Shown here: positions 26,262 through 39,585 of the stretch, in pieces
Numbering within the stretch: the first letter of the stretch is position 1
Layout of the letters: each line of letters opens with the position of its first letter
NCBI GenBank assembly: GCA_951406725.2
Contig: OX597814.1
Coordinates: 22,010,001 to 22,074,000 of the forward strand
Reading direction: 5' to 3'
DNA from: Octopus vulgaris
Lineage: Eukaryota
DNA length: 64,000 nt
The notes under the pieces: model-generated
The model's input: only the letters and a program-made list of their open reading frames with translations
The model's database searches: none
What the model was told of the DNA's origin: nothing
Made by a program: the position numbers and the translations under genes

Positions 26262-26520
26262 CTACCGTTTCAAAATTCCTGTAGTTCAATATTTTCTTTA
26301 AAATAACCAAACACAGTTTAGAATTTTCTGATTTCTTTTAAATTTCGATAATTGCTTGGAATCTTCTTTGCGAGACAATGTTGCTTTCTGCTATCTTTAT
26401 AAAGTACAGAATAAGTTTCAGTTTGCTTCGTTTGACTGACCTGTCTTATATGCAAAACCTCCTTATCAACAGCTTCCTTTTAAAGATCTGACCTCAACCC
26501 TATTGACGAATGAGATAACA
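26262..26520 (-). promoter_or_regulatory. Candidate HAL first exon and promoter
   Basis: Donor candidates at 26261 and 26265. TATA-like catataag near 26450. GATA motifs (tgataag, agataa) and AGGTCA half-sites nearby. Motif-level evidence only. Confidence 0.3.
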
Positions 26521-27389
26521 GGAAAAGTAGCAATAAATAATTTGCCTTTTTTACGCAGCCCAAAACACACTTCCAAGAATTTTGCGTTAATTTTTTTCGT
26601 CGAAAAATATTTGCGTTATAAATTTAACAATGAATAAATCGTGTTGTCAGGTCTTGTCGAATAATCAATGGTTTCTATAGCTACTTGGCTGCGTGAATAA
26701 ATTAACATTGAGGGCGGGTAAAATTTTTTGAGTATTTCACCAACCTTAGAGATATTTGGACTTTAGCACACACATCTATTGTTGTTGTTTAACCCATGGT
26801 TTGCCTGATCGAGCAAACTTATGATCCAAGGCGTTCTAGTCGTTACCATGTTGTCTTTAATTCAAACATTTAAGACTATATTATCAAGTGCCCCACTCAA
26901 AAAATAAATTGGGGGAGATAATAGAGTAAGATTTAAGGAAAAATCGGCTCCTATTTCCAGCAGGCCTACGAATACTGTAGGGACCTCACCCATTTGCTTT
27001 TTACAATAGTCTCATATTTTACAGAAAGTGGAATTGAGGGCGACGCGATTTGTCTTTGTTAATTACTTAAACTAGATAAACTACCACTTCTTCCCGCCTA
27101 ACCTTTTGGGTAATATAAATACAATTTAATTAAAATGTAATATATTGAATATTGTATGCAAAATAAATCTTAATTGAAATTTTCTTCTTATTTAGTCTAT
27201 GAAAACAAAAACCTAGCTGTACTTTTTAGTGACTCTCAAAGAAAAGAAGAGACAATTTCGAAAGATTAAAATTTATTTCTCCAGTTAATTCATACATAGG
27301 AGATGCATTTGTAAAATGCACAACATTTTTGTTTCTCTTCAGGTGGTTGCCTTGCATGATTTACGATGGTATTCAACATTCACCCATGT

Positions 27390-29110
27390 GAAAGAGGTGA
27401 GTGAGTTTTTCTCGGTGGGGTAGATGGCATTCTTTACATGTAAACCACTTTAAATATTTGGGTGTACTGAATTTATTTGTATGAGATGCGTGAATAGATA
27501 ATTGATGATTTCGATCACCTGCTCAACTGTCTTAGAAAAAATCAAAAATTAGAATCTGCGGAATTTGATGGTGGTCTGTGTCAGCAAACGTCATGATGTG
27601 AAGTTTGTATGCTTGTATAAGTTCATTTTATGTGAGACGAAATAAGTACTGCCATTTTGAAACTGACCTTTGAGAACGACAACCAAATTCGTTCTGCGAA
27701 AAGTCAGATGTGAAGTGCATTTCCTGCCAAGTTATCATAAAACTAACGGACCTCCGATCTCTTAGATGACTTATATACGTTTCGAAAGGTAGGATGTTTT
27801 GTAGTATGTAGATATGTGCTAGATACCTTTGATTAGGTGATGGTCAGACTGTCCAATTCGTGCAGAGACAGGGAGAAAGATAAATATTTGAAATGATGTC
27901 TGTCCATGAGGCTATGAGCAAATGATGATACTATCGCAAAGGTTTCGGTTTCTGGTGAGGAAACCGAGAACCAAGAGGAATTAAATCGGAGAGAGAAATG
28001 ATATGAGAAAAAGTAAGCTAAACATTTGTAGACTATCGGAAAAGTTTGTTTGTATTGGTAGCAGATAAATATAAACGGGTGAGGCTAGGAAAAATTGAAC
28101 CAGAGTCACGGAGTGGTTTTTATTGCTGATATTTTTTTACTCGCTGAGTATGACCTTTATAGGTCTACTAAGCTTGATATCATTAATCTTCTGTTTGAAT
28201 TGTTGCAAGTCAACATCAGTAGAAAAGTCGTGAGCAGGGAGAAGATTCCAGAGGCTCTGTATTGGCAGAGACTGAATATAGTTGTTAGTGCAACGTTGGA
28301 GGTGAAGTTGAATGTAGCCAAGATAGAAAGAATAAGTCGTGGTTTATTGAATGGTGAGGTACTGGACATGCCTGCTCCGTGAAGTAAGACAAAGAGAATA
28401 TAGTATGCCTATAGACCAGGGCTGGAGCTTGTCTGTTAGTATTTAATAGCAATTACACGGGTAACCTTACTCAGTCCAGGATATCTATGCGCGGATCAAT
28501 GCCGTCCCAGATGCGGGAGTAGTACTCTATTTTGGGCCTCACTTTATCTTTATAAGGTGTCAGAAACGGTTAATATTTTCAGGCCCTTAAAACGGTCTAG
28601 TTTTGGGGATGCGTCCTAGCTATGTTAAACATGTGCTTTCACCAAGTGAGATCCTCGACGATAGCAAGGCCCAACACTTTGAGCGACCGTGAGGGCTCTG
28701 ACTGAATACCGCATGTATTTTGGAGGTTTGCAGTTGTAATTCCTTGGTATGGGTAGAGCTTGACTTGTGTATTGTTAAAAGATAATATATTAGCATGGCC
28801 CTGATGGACGATGCTGTCGAGGTCTCCATCTTTGAAATTAATGCAGGTTTGGATTGTGGTATGCATGGTTAGGAAAAGTTAGAGAGAAATAAAGGGTCGT
28901 ATCATCTGCATAAGTGTGAGCGTTGTTGGATGTGCTGGCAAGTTGGTAATTTCTGTATAAAAGGAAGAAAATGAGGCAGAAAGGCTATAGTCAACTCAAG
29001 CTGCAGTGATGTGATCTGATAGAAAGTTACCAGTCCAAGAGATTAGAGATGGGCGGATCCCATAGGCTGGAAATTTCGATAGAAGATTCGCATATCAGAT
29101 AGATCGGGAT
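27390..29110 (-). mobile_element. Degraded Jockey/CR1-group LINE
   Basis: HTYADDTTL (~28890-28918), LKVLG and LYK.KVRP.IEY on the minus strand. Endonuclease-like remnants also flank the Chapaev element. Confidence 0.7.
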
Positions 29111-29696
29111 GAGAAAGATGAGTGATAGAAAAATAGACTCAAAAATAGGCACAAACAGCAGCTTTCAAAGAAAAGCATAAGTACAGAGTGTAGCTTGGAT
29201 AATACAACTGTTAGAGATAAAGGGCACGTGACATGCATGTTAGTAAGAGTTTAAAACCATAGACGTTGCTAACTGCTACTTCATACATATTCTACTGTAC
29301 ATCGAAAAGAAGTTATCTGTTTGATTAACTGGCCTACATATTTTACTCCAACCAAACGAGCCGACCATGGAGCCCCTGTGTAAGTGCTTAACTTCTTAAA
29401 AATAGCTGCCATATTTACTTCTGATCACATGTTATCGCCTTATAAAGGAAAGATACGTTAGATAACTCAGTCCTGAACATATTTGGTCTAAATGATGGGA
29501 GTTTCTTCGTATCCGAAGATCACGTGGAAGAGCAGCACGCCCTTAAGTGACAAGTGGGTATATAAATCGATCCTTAATTCTTTAAGGTTTTTCTTTCTGT
29601 CTGCACTTAGTAATCTTAACAAGAGAGACAATCCGCACAATCTGATCTCACTCTTCATACTTGGAGGTCTGACCACAGTAGCTCAGCGGACTATAA

Positions 29697-32327
29697 CACT
29701 GGGCAACAAAAAATTTTTCATATTTAAACTTATTCAGCTGATTTGGGGTAATTTTAAGGTGCTGAATCCGAATCTGACATCAGTTTTCAGACAGCACGTG
29801 TAGTGTTTTAGTTATTCACAGCATCAAATTTTCCAACCAGTTGATAATATTGACTAAGTAGTTGGCTAATTGCTTTCGATTTTTATTCATATATTCATCC
29901 CTGAAACAAAAATAGGTACTGATAAAGGGAAATGTATGCTACCTGTTAAATTGCCACACAAGATGAGAATTTATTTTAATTTGTTATCGCTGTAATTATA
30001 GTAAAATTCTCCTTACAGTAGGCTATTGATATTAGGTTATAGTAAGCCACTCAGACTCCCTTCTTTTGATAACTGCTAATGCTGTTAAAACAAAGTACAT
30101 CAAATAAGTGAGCCAGGTTATATGAAAAGTAGTTTTGTAGTAAGTTTAGTTATTTATTAAAGTGATCAATGAAATTTAGAGATGGGAAAAATTGTTTCAT
30201 GATAGCCATAGCTTCAGTACATTCTATAATAATTTCAATGATTTTTTTTTGTTAGAAATATATTTTGATGTTTTACAGTAACATTTAGAGTTGACTAATT
30301 TTATAAATATAAAATTACTGATAGGCTTCCTTGAGTGTTGATTTAAATTATTACTGTATGTGTTTATAATGAGCAGAAAATTTCTGTTAATCACCCGGAC
30401 AAATTTTGTTACGTGTGTGGAAAATATACGCCAAAAGATCAGAGAAATAAGCTTACAAAGAAATTTTTAAATGCTTACAAGCTTTACTTTAGGTGCAAAG
30501 TTGGGACCAAGATAAACTGCGGGCGCCTCGTGTTTGTTGCAAAAACTGCTACATAGCACTAACCCAATGGCTGAATAGTAAACGGAAAAGTATGCCATTT
30601 GCAGTACTAATGATATGGCACGAACCAACAAACCACTATACCTATTGTTATTTCTGCTTCACTGATATCACAGGTTTCTCTAAGGAGAACAAATCCAAGA
30701 TTGTTTATCCAGATTGCCCTTCAGCTTTAAAACCAGTTGCTCATGCTGCTGAAAATAGTCCAATTCCAGAACCTCCTTCATCTTTTGGCAATGATAGTTT
30801 AAGTGAAGAAAGTACTGCAACTACTTCAATTGATGGCGAGCCGAGTGATACAGCAGATCACTGTGATGAACCAGGATCTTCAAAAAATGTTCCTCGTTTA
30901 TTAAGTCGACTTGAATTAAATTATTTGGTTAGAGACTTGGGTTTAACAAAAGAAAAGTCAAAACTACTGGGCTCCAGGTTGAAACAATGGAATCTTTTAC
31001 ACGATGGTGTAAAATGCTCGTATTTTCGAAAACGGCATACAGAATTTCATGAATTTTTTACGGAGAAAGACGGTATTCGTTTTTGTTGTGATGTTGAAGG
31101 ACTCCTACGTGAGATGAGGTATGGCTATAATCCTAAAGAATGGAGACTTCATAGATTCCAGTAAAGCAATCCTAAAATCTGTTTTGTTGCATAATAGCAA
31201 TCAAAAACATTCAATACCACTAGCACATACTGTAGGATTAAATGAAACTTATGAATCAATGGACAAAATTTATGTGATTAAATATGTGATTAAATATTCT
31301 GAGCGCAAGTGAGATTTGAAAGTTATTGGTTTGCTTCTTGGGTTGCAAATGGAGTATACAAAGCATCAGTACTTTTTGTGCCTTTGGAACAGCAGAGAAG
31401 ACAAGCATCACTATGATCAAAAAGAGTGGCCAAAGAGAAGTGATTTCACTCCAGGGAGACACAACGTTAAACATATCCCTTTGGTTGACCCTCAAAAGTT
31501 TACCTTCTTCCCTTACACATTAAACTTGGCTTGTTTAAGAATTTTGCTAAGGCCATGAATGAAGACGGTGAAGGATACAAATATCTCAGAGAAAATTTTG
31601 TTTCTAGCAGGAGTGAAGCTATGATCAAAGTTGGTGTTTTTAATGCACCAGAAATTTGCACACTAATTTGTGATGAGGTTTTTCAAGAACAATTAAGCCC
31701 AGTAGAGAAAACTGCATAGGAAAAGTTTACTTCTTTTGTAAAACATTTTTGGGGAAATGAAAAATCATCTAATTACGCTGCAATTATGAATGATTTTTTT
31801 TATAAGCAACTTGGAGCAAGAATGTCGCTAAAAATTCATTTTCTCCACTCTCATCTTGACTTTTTTTCCACCCAATATGGTTGATGTAAGTGATGAGCAT
31901 GGTGAACGATTTCATTGAGAAATCAAAAAGGTAGACTTACACCAAACATGCTAACGGACTACTGCTGGTTTTTAAAACGAGAAACGGACATGCAACATAA
32001 GAGTAAAAAGAGGACACCAAAGCTATTCTTGAAAAACATAAAATTAATATTCACTTTACACTTTTGTTTTGTGTTGTATTAGTTTTGGAGATACTTATCC
32101 ATCTAGTTGCTATTGTTCTTATACCAAACAACGGTAATTTACGCTTCACATAACATTCATTTTATTTGTCATGAATTTTCACATTATTGTAATTTTGATA
32201 GCAGTAATTGATAGCGCATAAACGTGACGTGCTAAAGCAAAAATGATTGCAGATTCGGAATCAGCTCTCCCAAATTACCTATGAGCACCATTTCGTCCAA
32301 TAGTAACCAAAATTTTGTTGTCTAGTG
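29697..32327 (+). mobile_element. Chapaev3-type (CMC superfamily) DNA transposon with disrupted transposase
   Basis: TIRs CACTGGGCAACAAAAAATTTT / AAAATTTTGTTGTCTAGTG, TAA TSD (29694-96, 32328-30) and subterminal inverted repeats. Transposase motifs HPDKFCYVCG, CCKNC, IW.EPTNH..CYFC, LVRDLGL.KEKS.LLGSRLK, LHIKLG, KIHFLHSHLDFF and SDEHGERFH. Confidence 0.88.
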
Positions 32328-32893
32328 TAATCGCTGTGGAAACCAGCAAGCTGTAAGTTCTACATTGAAGTGATCTCCTCTTAGGTGAGGGCTGGAGAAC
32401 TCAGCCTTTCCTAGAATTTCCAGAAGAATACCAAAGAGAGCACTGGACCGCCTGACGGGCTCCACTCCTGGATAGTCGAGGTTAACTTCCCGAGCCTCTT
32501 TCTTTACCGAGGAACTCACAAGGCAGTGAGGGTTTGTGTTTGAATTTCTTCCATAACATGCTAATTAACCTACAGCTGGGACCCTGAAATGCGCTAATAT
32601 TCCGAGTCAGAGTGAACCTAGGAACAACAGTGGCTATGAGATGGTTATATACATCTCAAAATCTTGGATTCCATTTCCGGATGCAGTTTACTTAGACAAA
32701 TATCTGAATAAAAGATGAGGTAATTACACTTAGCCAGTCTGTATTTGATCGCAGGTCTGTTCAGTCAGGTTCACAGGGGTCTAAACAACAACTATAATAA
32801 AACCATTATCAGGAATGTAACGGTTGGGTGCTGCTATGTGGACGTTGACTGGAAATTCAGCCTGCTTGGATGACAAGCACTCACACACACACA

Positions 32894-32934
<41 letters not shown>

Positions 32935-33276
32935 AGCGCAGAAATATGCAAATACAGACAGAAAGAGAGAGGTGGTAGTGACATTACAATTTAGTAATTA
33001 AACACGATTGACATAAACATTTCCCTCAATTATTCACATTGAGAAATATGCTCTCTCACACAAATAAACAGGGAGAGGGAGAGGCGGGATGAGTGAGAGA
33101 GAGGAACAGAACAAGAGAAACATTGAACCGGGGAAGCATTAAAATGTTTGGTATGATATACGTCAGCGTCGGCGTCAGCGACACAAAACGATTACACCAA
33201 AACAGCGGTGCCAGAACTTGTTCACTCTTCATAGTCTCTTCCTCCACCATTATCCATCAATGCTTCTACAGGAAGC

Positions 33277-36023
33277 TGTAGTGATCCTATACAACGGCGC
33301 GCGCTCGCGCACCGTCCATTTGTATTTCGCGCGTGTTGGTGCCTTTACCAAGGCAGAGAGAGGAAGGGCCCTCTCGCGCATGCGCGAAGCACCGGAAGAA
33401 GAACCCTTTTGCCTACGTAGCAGTTAGCCGAGGCAAGGGGGTCGTAAGACGTTGACCACCAGCGTCCAGCAGCAGCGGCGACTTGGGACGGCAGCGATTG
33501 AAGGCGACGGTCACGAAATATTTTCTCTCCGTTCGAACTGATTCTAGCAGCACCATACCAAAAGGCCTTTAACCAAAATTGTTGCAGACCAACATCGTCT
33601 CCATTGTTCGACGCCATCTTGAACCCGTTCTGTTTTTAGCGGCTGAACATTGTAAATATTACAATCGATTAACTTTCAGCCTTGCGCGCCCCGAACCAAG
33701 GACATCAGATAATCACTTATTGTTACTGTTACCAAGAAAGAGAATAAAGTAGTATATATATATTTTACGTCTGCGTCTTGTTGTTTCTGACTAGTAGAAT
33801 TCTGGATTATTAAAGCAACGGCTAGTGATTGCTTTCTTGTACCCCGAAAGTACAAGAGAAGATCTATTCACTCACACTAAGTTCGTTACAGTGGTGACCA
33901 CCCGACGTGATTCTGGTCTAAAACCAGAGATCACTTATCAACAAAAAAGAATCCAGTTTTTCTGCGAAGTCGGAACACGATTTAACTCTACGCATCATCT
34001 TTCGACGATTTGTTTCCGGCCACTACAAACAGTTGTAGAAGGAGCCTCTTTCTTATTCTACAGCCATGATGACGGACGCCATCATATATTCGATGCCTTT
34101 TCTCCACCTTCGTCATCGCCATCGTCGTCTTTCTACTTCACGTCGTCGCTATCTTCGTCGCCATCATCACTAAGAACGATGTTGTCTCAAGTCCACTACA
34201 GTCGCCACCACCACCGTCGCCTTTCAACACCGTCGACCTCCACAAGATGTACATAGCAACTCGCGGAACTTTAGCTTGCACGCTGTATGTGCATATGCAC
34301 ACCAAGGATAAACAGCACCGTCTATCTACGAGATTCTTCTGTTCCAGTTAACCTGTCACAGCATTGAAGCTACAACCGCTACACATTGTGTTCAACCGGC
34401 ATCTGCATTTTGTGATTTCAACATTTCTGTTACAGAACGAACTGCTATTGTGCATCAGGCTATTACAGACTGGTAAATTAACTCTTGTCTGGAATGGCCC
34501 CGAGAGACATTTTTTCTATGCACTGTATTATTATTTTGCTCGCATTCCCCTTGTATGTATTTTTGTCGCACACACGTACACACACATAAATGCTATCTCT
34601 CTCACATACATACGTCACACATGCTTTTCTCGCTTGTTTTTTCCATGCTAAATTTGCCTTTTGTGGACACACCTCATTTCTATAGACCCTAAGGGGTCAC
34701 GTATACATAGAGAGGGTTGTTTGTTCATTATAACGCGCCAGCATGTCATACCTTTGTTCCTGTACGAACGAGGCATATGATCGCTCAACCACTGGCATAT
34801 TCATTGCTGTTTTTCGGTCTGGCAAGCACTATTGCATTTCATGCGCCTTTTGCTTCGCACGTGTACTTGCCTTGTTTTTGCAACACGTTTGCGTTGGCTT
34901 AGTTCTTTTCCCGACTCATAGGACGTCGGATGTTCACATGCGCTGCGCCATGTTTAGGCGTAATTATTTTTCCCTGTTAGACCACTGTTGGTCACGTAAT
35001 TAACAGAAAATTATCTGTGTCGCGCATCACACCAGCATGTTTGCACTTTTGCCTTTTGTGTTACTAGCGAGCTTCTGTCAATTCCATTTCCTCTCCTGCA
35101 GCAATTGATTTAACTGCTATTTTGCAGGAACAACCACCTTTAGAGGAGTTGGATTTAATTTCGCCTGGGTTCATTGACTGTGAGTTTTGCTTTCCCTCCG
35201 CTCCTTTCAGCGGAAGGGTTTATACTTCGTGACGTATACACTTTCATGCATGCACTCTTGATTTTTGCTCATTGAGTATTTTTTCTCTTTTTCCTTTAGT
35301 AAATTTCTTGTGTATGATGTAAATTTTGCCATTTTATTATATTGTGTGCTATTTGGTTATCTGGTGTCCACCTTGAGTTTTATAGTCACTACAGGAAATT
35401 TTGTGTCGTGCTAACGCACTGGGGTGGAGCTCTGTAGTGATCCTATACAACGGCGCGCGCTCGCGCACCGTCCATTTGTATTTCGCGCGTGTTGGTGCCT
35501 TTACCAAGGCAGAGAGAGGAAGGGCCCTCTCGCGCATGCGCGAAGCACCGGAAGAAGAACCCTTTTGCCTACGTAGCAGTTAGCCGAGGCAAGGGGGTCG
35601 TAAGACGTTGACCACCAGCGTCCAGCAGCGGCGGCGACTTGGGACGGCAGCGATTGAAGGCGACGGTCACGAAATATTTTCTCTCCGTTCGAACTGATTC
35701 TAGCCTTTAACCAAAATTGTTGCAGACCAACATCGTCTCCATTGTTCGACGCCATCTTGAACCCGTTCTGTTTTTAGCGGCTGAACATTGTAAATATTAC
35801 AATCGATTAACTTTCAGCCTTGCGCGCCCCGAACCAAGGACATCAGATAACCACTTATTGTTACTGTTACCAAGAAAGAGAATAAAGTAGTATATATATA
35901 TTTTACGTCTGCGTCTTGTTGTTTCTGACTAGTAGAATTCTGGATTATTAAAGCAACGGCTAGTGATTGCTTTCTTGTACCCCGAAAGTACAAGAGAAGA
36001 CACTCACATTGAAGTTCGTTACA
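33277..36023 (+). mobile_element. Non-autonomous LTR retroelement (Gypsy-like), structurally complete
   Basis: TG..CA LTRs at 33277-33890 and 35433-36023. 4-bp TSD aagc. PBS 33892-33911 matches tRNA-Trp (tggtgacc[ac]ccgacgtgat). PPT ggggtggagctc. The ~1.5-kb interior has no gag or pol motifs. Confidence 0.93.
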
Positions 36024-36067
36024 AAGCTTTATGTACTCGTCTGACATGCTAGAAATACTAAGTAAAT

Positions 36068-36292
36068 AAGGCGGCGAGCTAGCAGAATCGTAAGCACACC
36101 GGGCGAAATGCTAAGCGGTATTTCGTCTGCCGGTACGTTCTGAGTTCAAATTCTGCCTAGGTCGACTTTGCCTTTCGGGGTCGATAAATTAAGTACCAGT
36201 TACGCACTGGGGTCGATGTAATCGACTTAAGTCTTTTGTCTGCCCTTATTTGTCCCCTCTATGTTTAGCCCCTTGTGGGCAATAAAGAAATA
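36068..36292 (+). mobile_element. SINE family A
   Basis: 17-bp TSD agaaatactaagtaaat at 36051-36067 and 36293-36309. Confidence 0.9.
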
Positions 36293-36613
36293 AGAAATAC
36301 TAAGTAAATTTCCTTTGTATCCAACCTTACTGTCTTACCAAGATATATCAAAAGTTGGGAATTCTGATTTTAGATACATGGTACTCGGAAATATACGTGA
36401 TGGTCATGGCCAGAGTGATTTTCATCATAATTCAACTTAATCGGGGTCACTACTAGAGCTAAACGACAATTAACACCATAACAACCACTAACACCATTAG
36501 CATCGATCCATTGGAGAAATATTTATGCAGTCATTCAACCTGCTAGATACACCATCAAAATCTCCGTCTTAAAATGCATAGATTCATTAAGATACGAGGA
36601 TATGAAATATATA

Positions 36614-37022
36614 GGCGTAGGGGTGGATGTGTGGTAAGTAGCTTGCTTACGAACCACATCGTTCCGGGTTCAGTCCCACTGCGTGGCACCTTGGGCAAGT
36701 GTCTTCTACTATAGCTTCAGGCTGACCAAAGCCTTGTGAGTGGATTTGGTAGACGGAAACTGAAAGAAGGCCGTCGTATATATGTATATATAATGTGTGT
36801 GTATGTTTGTGTGTCTGTGTTTGTCCCACCAACATCGCTTGACAACCGATGTTGGTGTGTTTACGTCCCCGTCACTTAGCGGTTCGGCAAAAAAGACCGA
36901 TAGAATAAGTACTAGGCTTACAAAGAATAAGTCCTGGGGTCGATTTGCTCGACTAACGGCGGTGCTCCAGCATGGTCACAGTCAAATGACTGAAACAAGT
37001 AAAAGAGAAAAGAGAAAAAGAG
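36614..37022 (+). mobile_element. SINE family C
   Basis: Full-length copy. Confidence 0.9.
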
Positions 37023-37234
37023 AGAATATGACCGTGAAAACATACAACGGTTATAAGTCAAGTAGAATAGGACTGACTAGAGTTAAACAGCAACAATAGA
37101 ATTCAACTTGTTAAATTAAGGCAGGGTCTCCGAGAGAAATCGAGCACGGCGGAACACGACTACTTTCGGGTCCCTAAAAGTAGGGAGAAATAACAGAGTG
37201 AGTAGGGAAGTTTGTCAAAAATACACTAGTCCCC

Positions 37235-38063
37235 TACCTAGTTCCATCTGAGCCAAATAACATAAACTTAGAATCATCACGGAAATGCAGCGTTTGTCAT
37301 TTTTCTTGAGACCACAACACATGTTCGGTTGCAAAGGTAAGACGACACTTTTTATTCTTGGAGCTGATCAGTGGCTTCACTGCAGGTGCTCTTGCTTGTA
37401 GGTCATGTTCAACTAAACGACGAGACACAGTTTTTCGAGATAAAGTTTTCTTCAGTACAATGCTCATTTCCCGAGAAACAGCAGCAGCAGTTTTAAATCT
37501 GTCCTTTTTAACCAACTTTACCATAGCACGATTTTCTCTCTTGGTCGTTTTTCTTGGCCTACCTGTAGACTTTCTTGCTTCACACGAACTACAATCATCG
37601 TAGACCTTAAGAATACCGTGAACAACACTTTTTCACTTGTTAACAATCTTTGCAATAGACCCAATACTTAAATTATCCTTCTTTCGAAGTTTAATAATCT
37701 GCTGACGAATTGGTAACGGTGTAAGTGGCAAAGTACACTGCAGATATTCTTACTAATGTTTAATAAACGAACCGTCAGGTAAACAAGTTCAAAACATTAG
37801 AGTTCACCGGTTAAATATACTGAAACACGGAGTAAAAGCAACAGTTCTGATCATTTTGGCCGCCATGGGTTTTGCAGTAAATCACTAAATCATCCATAAC
37901 TTTTGTATTATCCTCTCGAATTACACCAAAATCTCAGACAATAACAATTAATATTGTATTTATTGTCTGTGAAAATTATAGAAACTAAAACAACTTTGAT
38001 AAAAACATATACCTACTTTTCTGACAAAAACAATGCCGTTCTGAACATTTTGGCCGCAACTGT
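37235..38063 (-). mobile_element. Tc1-like transposon, 5' half
   Basis: TVSRRL.E..L.AR...KPL.S......RL.FA..H..W followed by F.DDSKF.LFGSDG. Terminus ta|cagttgcggccaaaatgttcagaac, with an inner direct repeat at ~37845 (IR/DR type). Confidence 0.85.
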
Positions 38064-38689
38064 AGCTCTCACCTTAGTGATTTTCAACTGGCTAAGAAAT
38101 ATATCCATATAATAAATATGATAAAAAGACACATCAATGAAATAATATTGACATGTCAATTATATAATGAAAAAGGCGCTACATTAATGTTTAATGATAT
38201 GTGTATGTGCATATGTATGCGCGTGTGTATGTGTGAGTGTGTCCTTGTATTATATTGTTAAGCATACATTAAACCTAACCCAATATAATATGTGTTTTCA
38301 GTACGACTTAGGAATGTGTCCTGTAACTTCTAATCCTTTATGGCATTGTTACTAAGAAACTGAACCACTTGAGAAATATATCCTCCAAATACAAAATATT
38401 AATCAAGTTTATCACAATGAGAAACACAAAACATATTGCAGCTAATTTTTTCAAATTTACACTCAAGATTTCTTCATGATCCTTTTTTGTAATAAAGGGA
38501 ACGAAAGTCATGCTTGAATAGGATATCTTTAACCAGTCAAAACCTATAAGTTCAATTTAGTCGAAATTAGCCAACACCGAGAGAAATCATCCCCCTTATA
38601 TCCTTTATTTTTATACTCAAGTATGGTTCTTTATAGCTAACCTATTTTGTTGCACAACTACTGTTATCACTTTCATGGGGACTTTGAAT

Positions 38690-38950
38690 GCTGTGGTCTC
38701 CTATTACAGCAAGGCTTTGGCAGCAAGCGTATTTATACCAGGACCTAACACTCACAAAAGAAAGTGTTACCGTGAGGTCATTTGGTTTGCCCCACCCTTC
38801 CCACTCAACGTCAAAACATGCATAAGGATCATTTTTAGCTTAGTAAACAAGCATTTAATACACAAAACTTAGGGGTCTCATTCAGCTATGCGCCCAGTGT
38901 TAAAAAGATTTTAGTGAACGCCACCCCTAGACCCTGTACAGAAGTAGGAT
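38690..38950 (+). mobile_element. Penelope-like element remnant
   Basis: REVIWFAPPFPLNVKT resembles the PLE R.IIWFNPPFS.NVKT motif. Confidence 0.6.
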
Positions 38951-38969
38951 GCTTATGTAGGATTAACAT

Positions 38970-39133
38970 GGATGGGCTTCTTTCAGTTTCCGTCTACCAA
39001 ATCCACACACAAGGCTTTGGTCGGCCCGGCGCTATGGCAGAAGACACTTGCCCAAGATGCCACGCAGTGGGACTGAACTCGGAACCATGTGGTTGGTAAG
39101 CAAGCTACTTACCACACAGCCACTCCTACGCCT
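38970..39133 (-). mobile_element. SINE family C, 5' half
   Basis: Matches the head and CORE-like part. Confidence 0.85.
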
Positions 39134-39134
39134 A

Positions 39135-39167
<33 letters not shown>

Positions 39168-39585
39168 GCCCACCCCCACCCCTACACATTCCTACCCCAC
39201 CTTCCCTTTCCTTCCCATCCCACCCCATCACATCCCTTACATCCTCTCCCACATACCTCACCTCTACCCACACCCTCTTCCTACCCACATACCCCACCTC
39301 TACCCCAACCCTCAGTCTAATCCACGCCCCACCCGTGCTTTCCCCACTCTCGCCTCCTCCACCTTCCAACACCATCACACCACACTACACTACACCATAC
39401 CACACAACACATCACATAACAACACACCACCACGCATACACCAGCACTGACCAATTCCCATCACCACATTTTCTCATCCCCATTTTTCACACCTACACAT
39501 ACACACACGCACACGTCAAGATCACCAGCCCTCTCTCACACGCACATATGTACTCTCATACATACATACATACATACATACATAC

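Noticed and set aside
33825-34256. 143-aa ORF in the LTR element as gag
   Set aside because: Low-complexity Ser-rich sequence that starts inside the LTR and has no capsid or zinc-knuckle motif.
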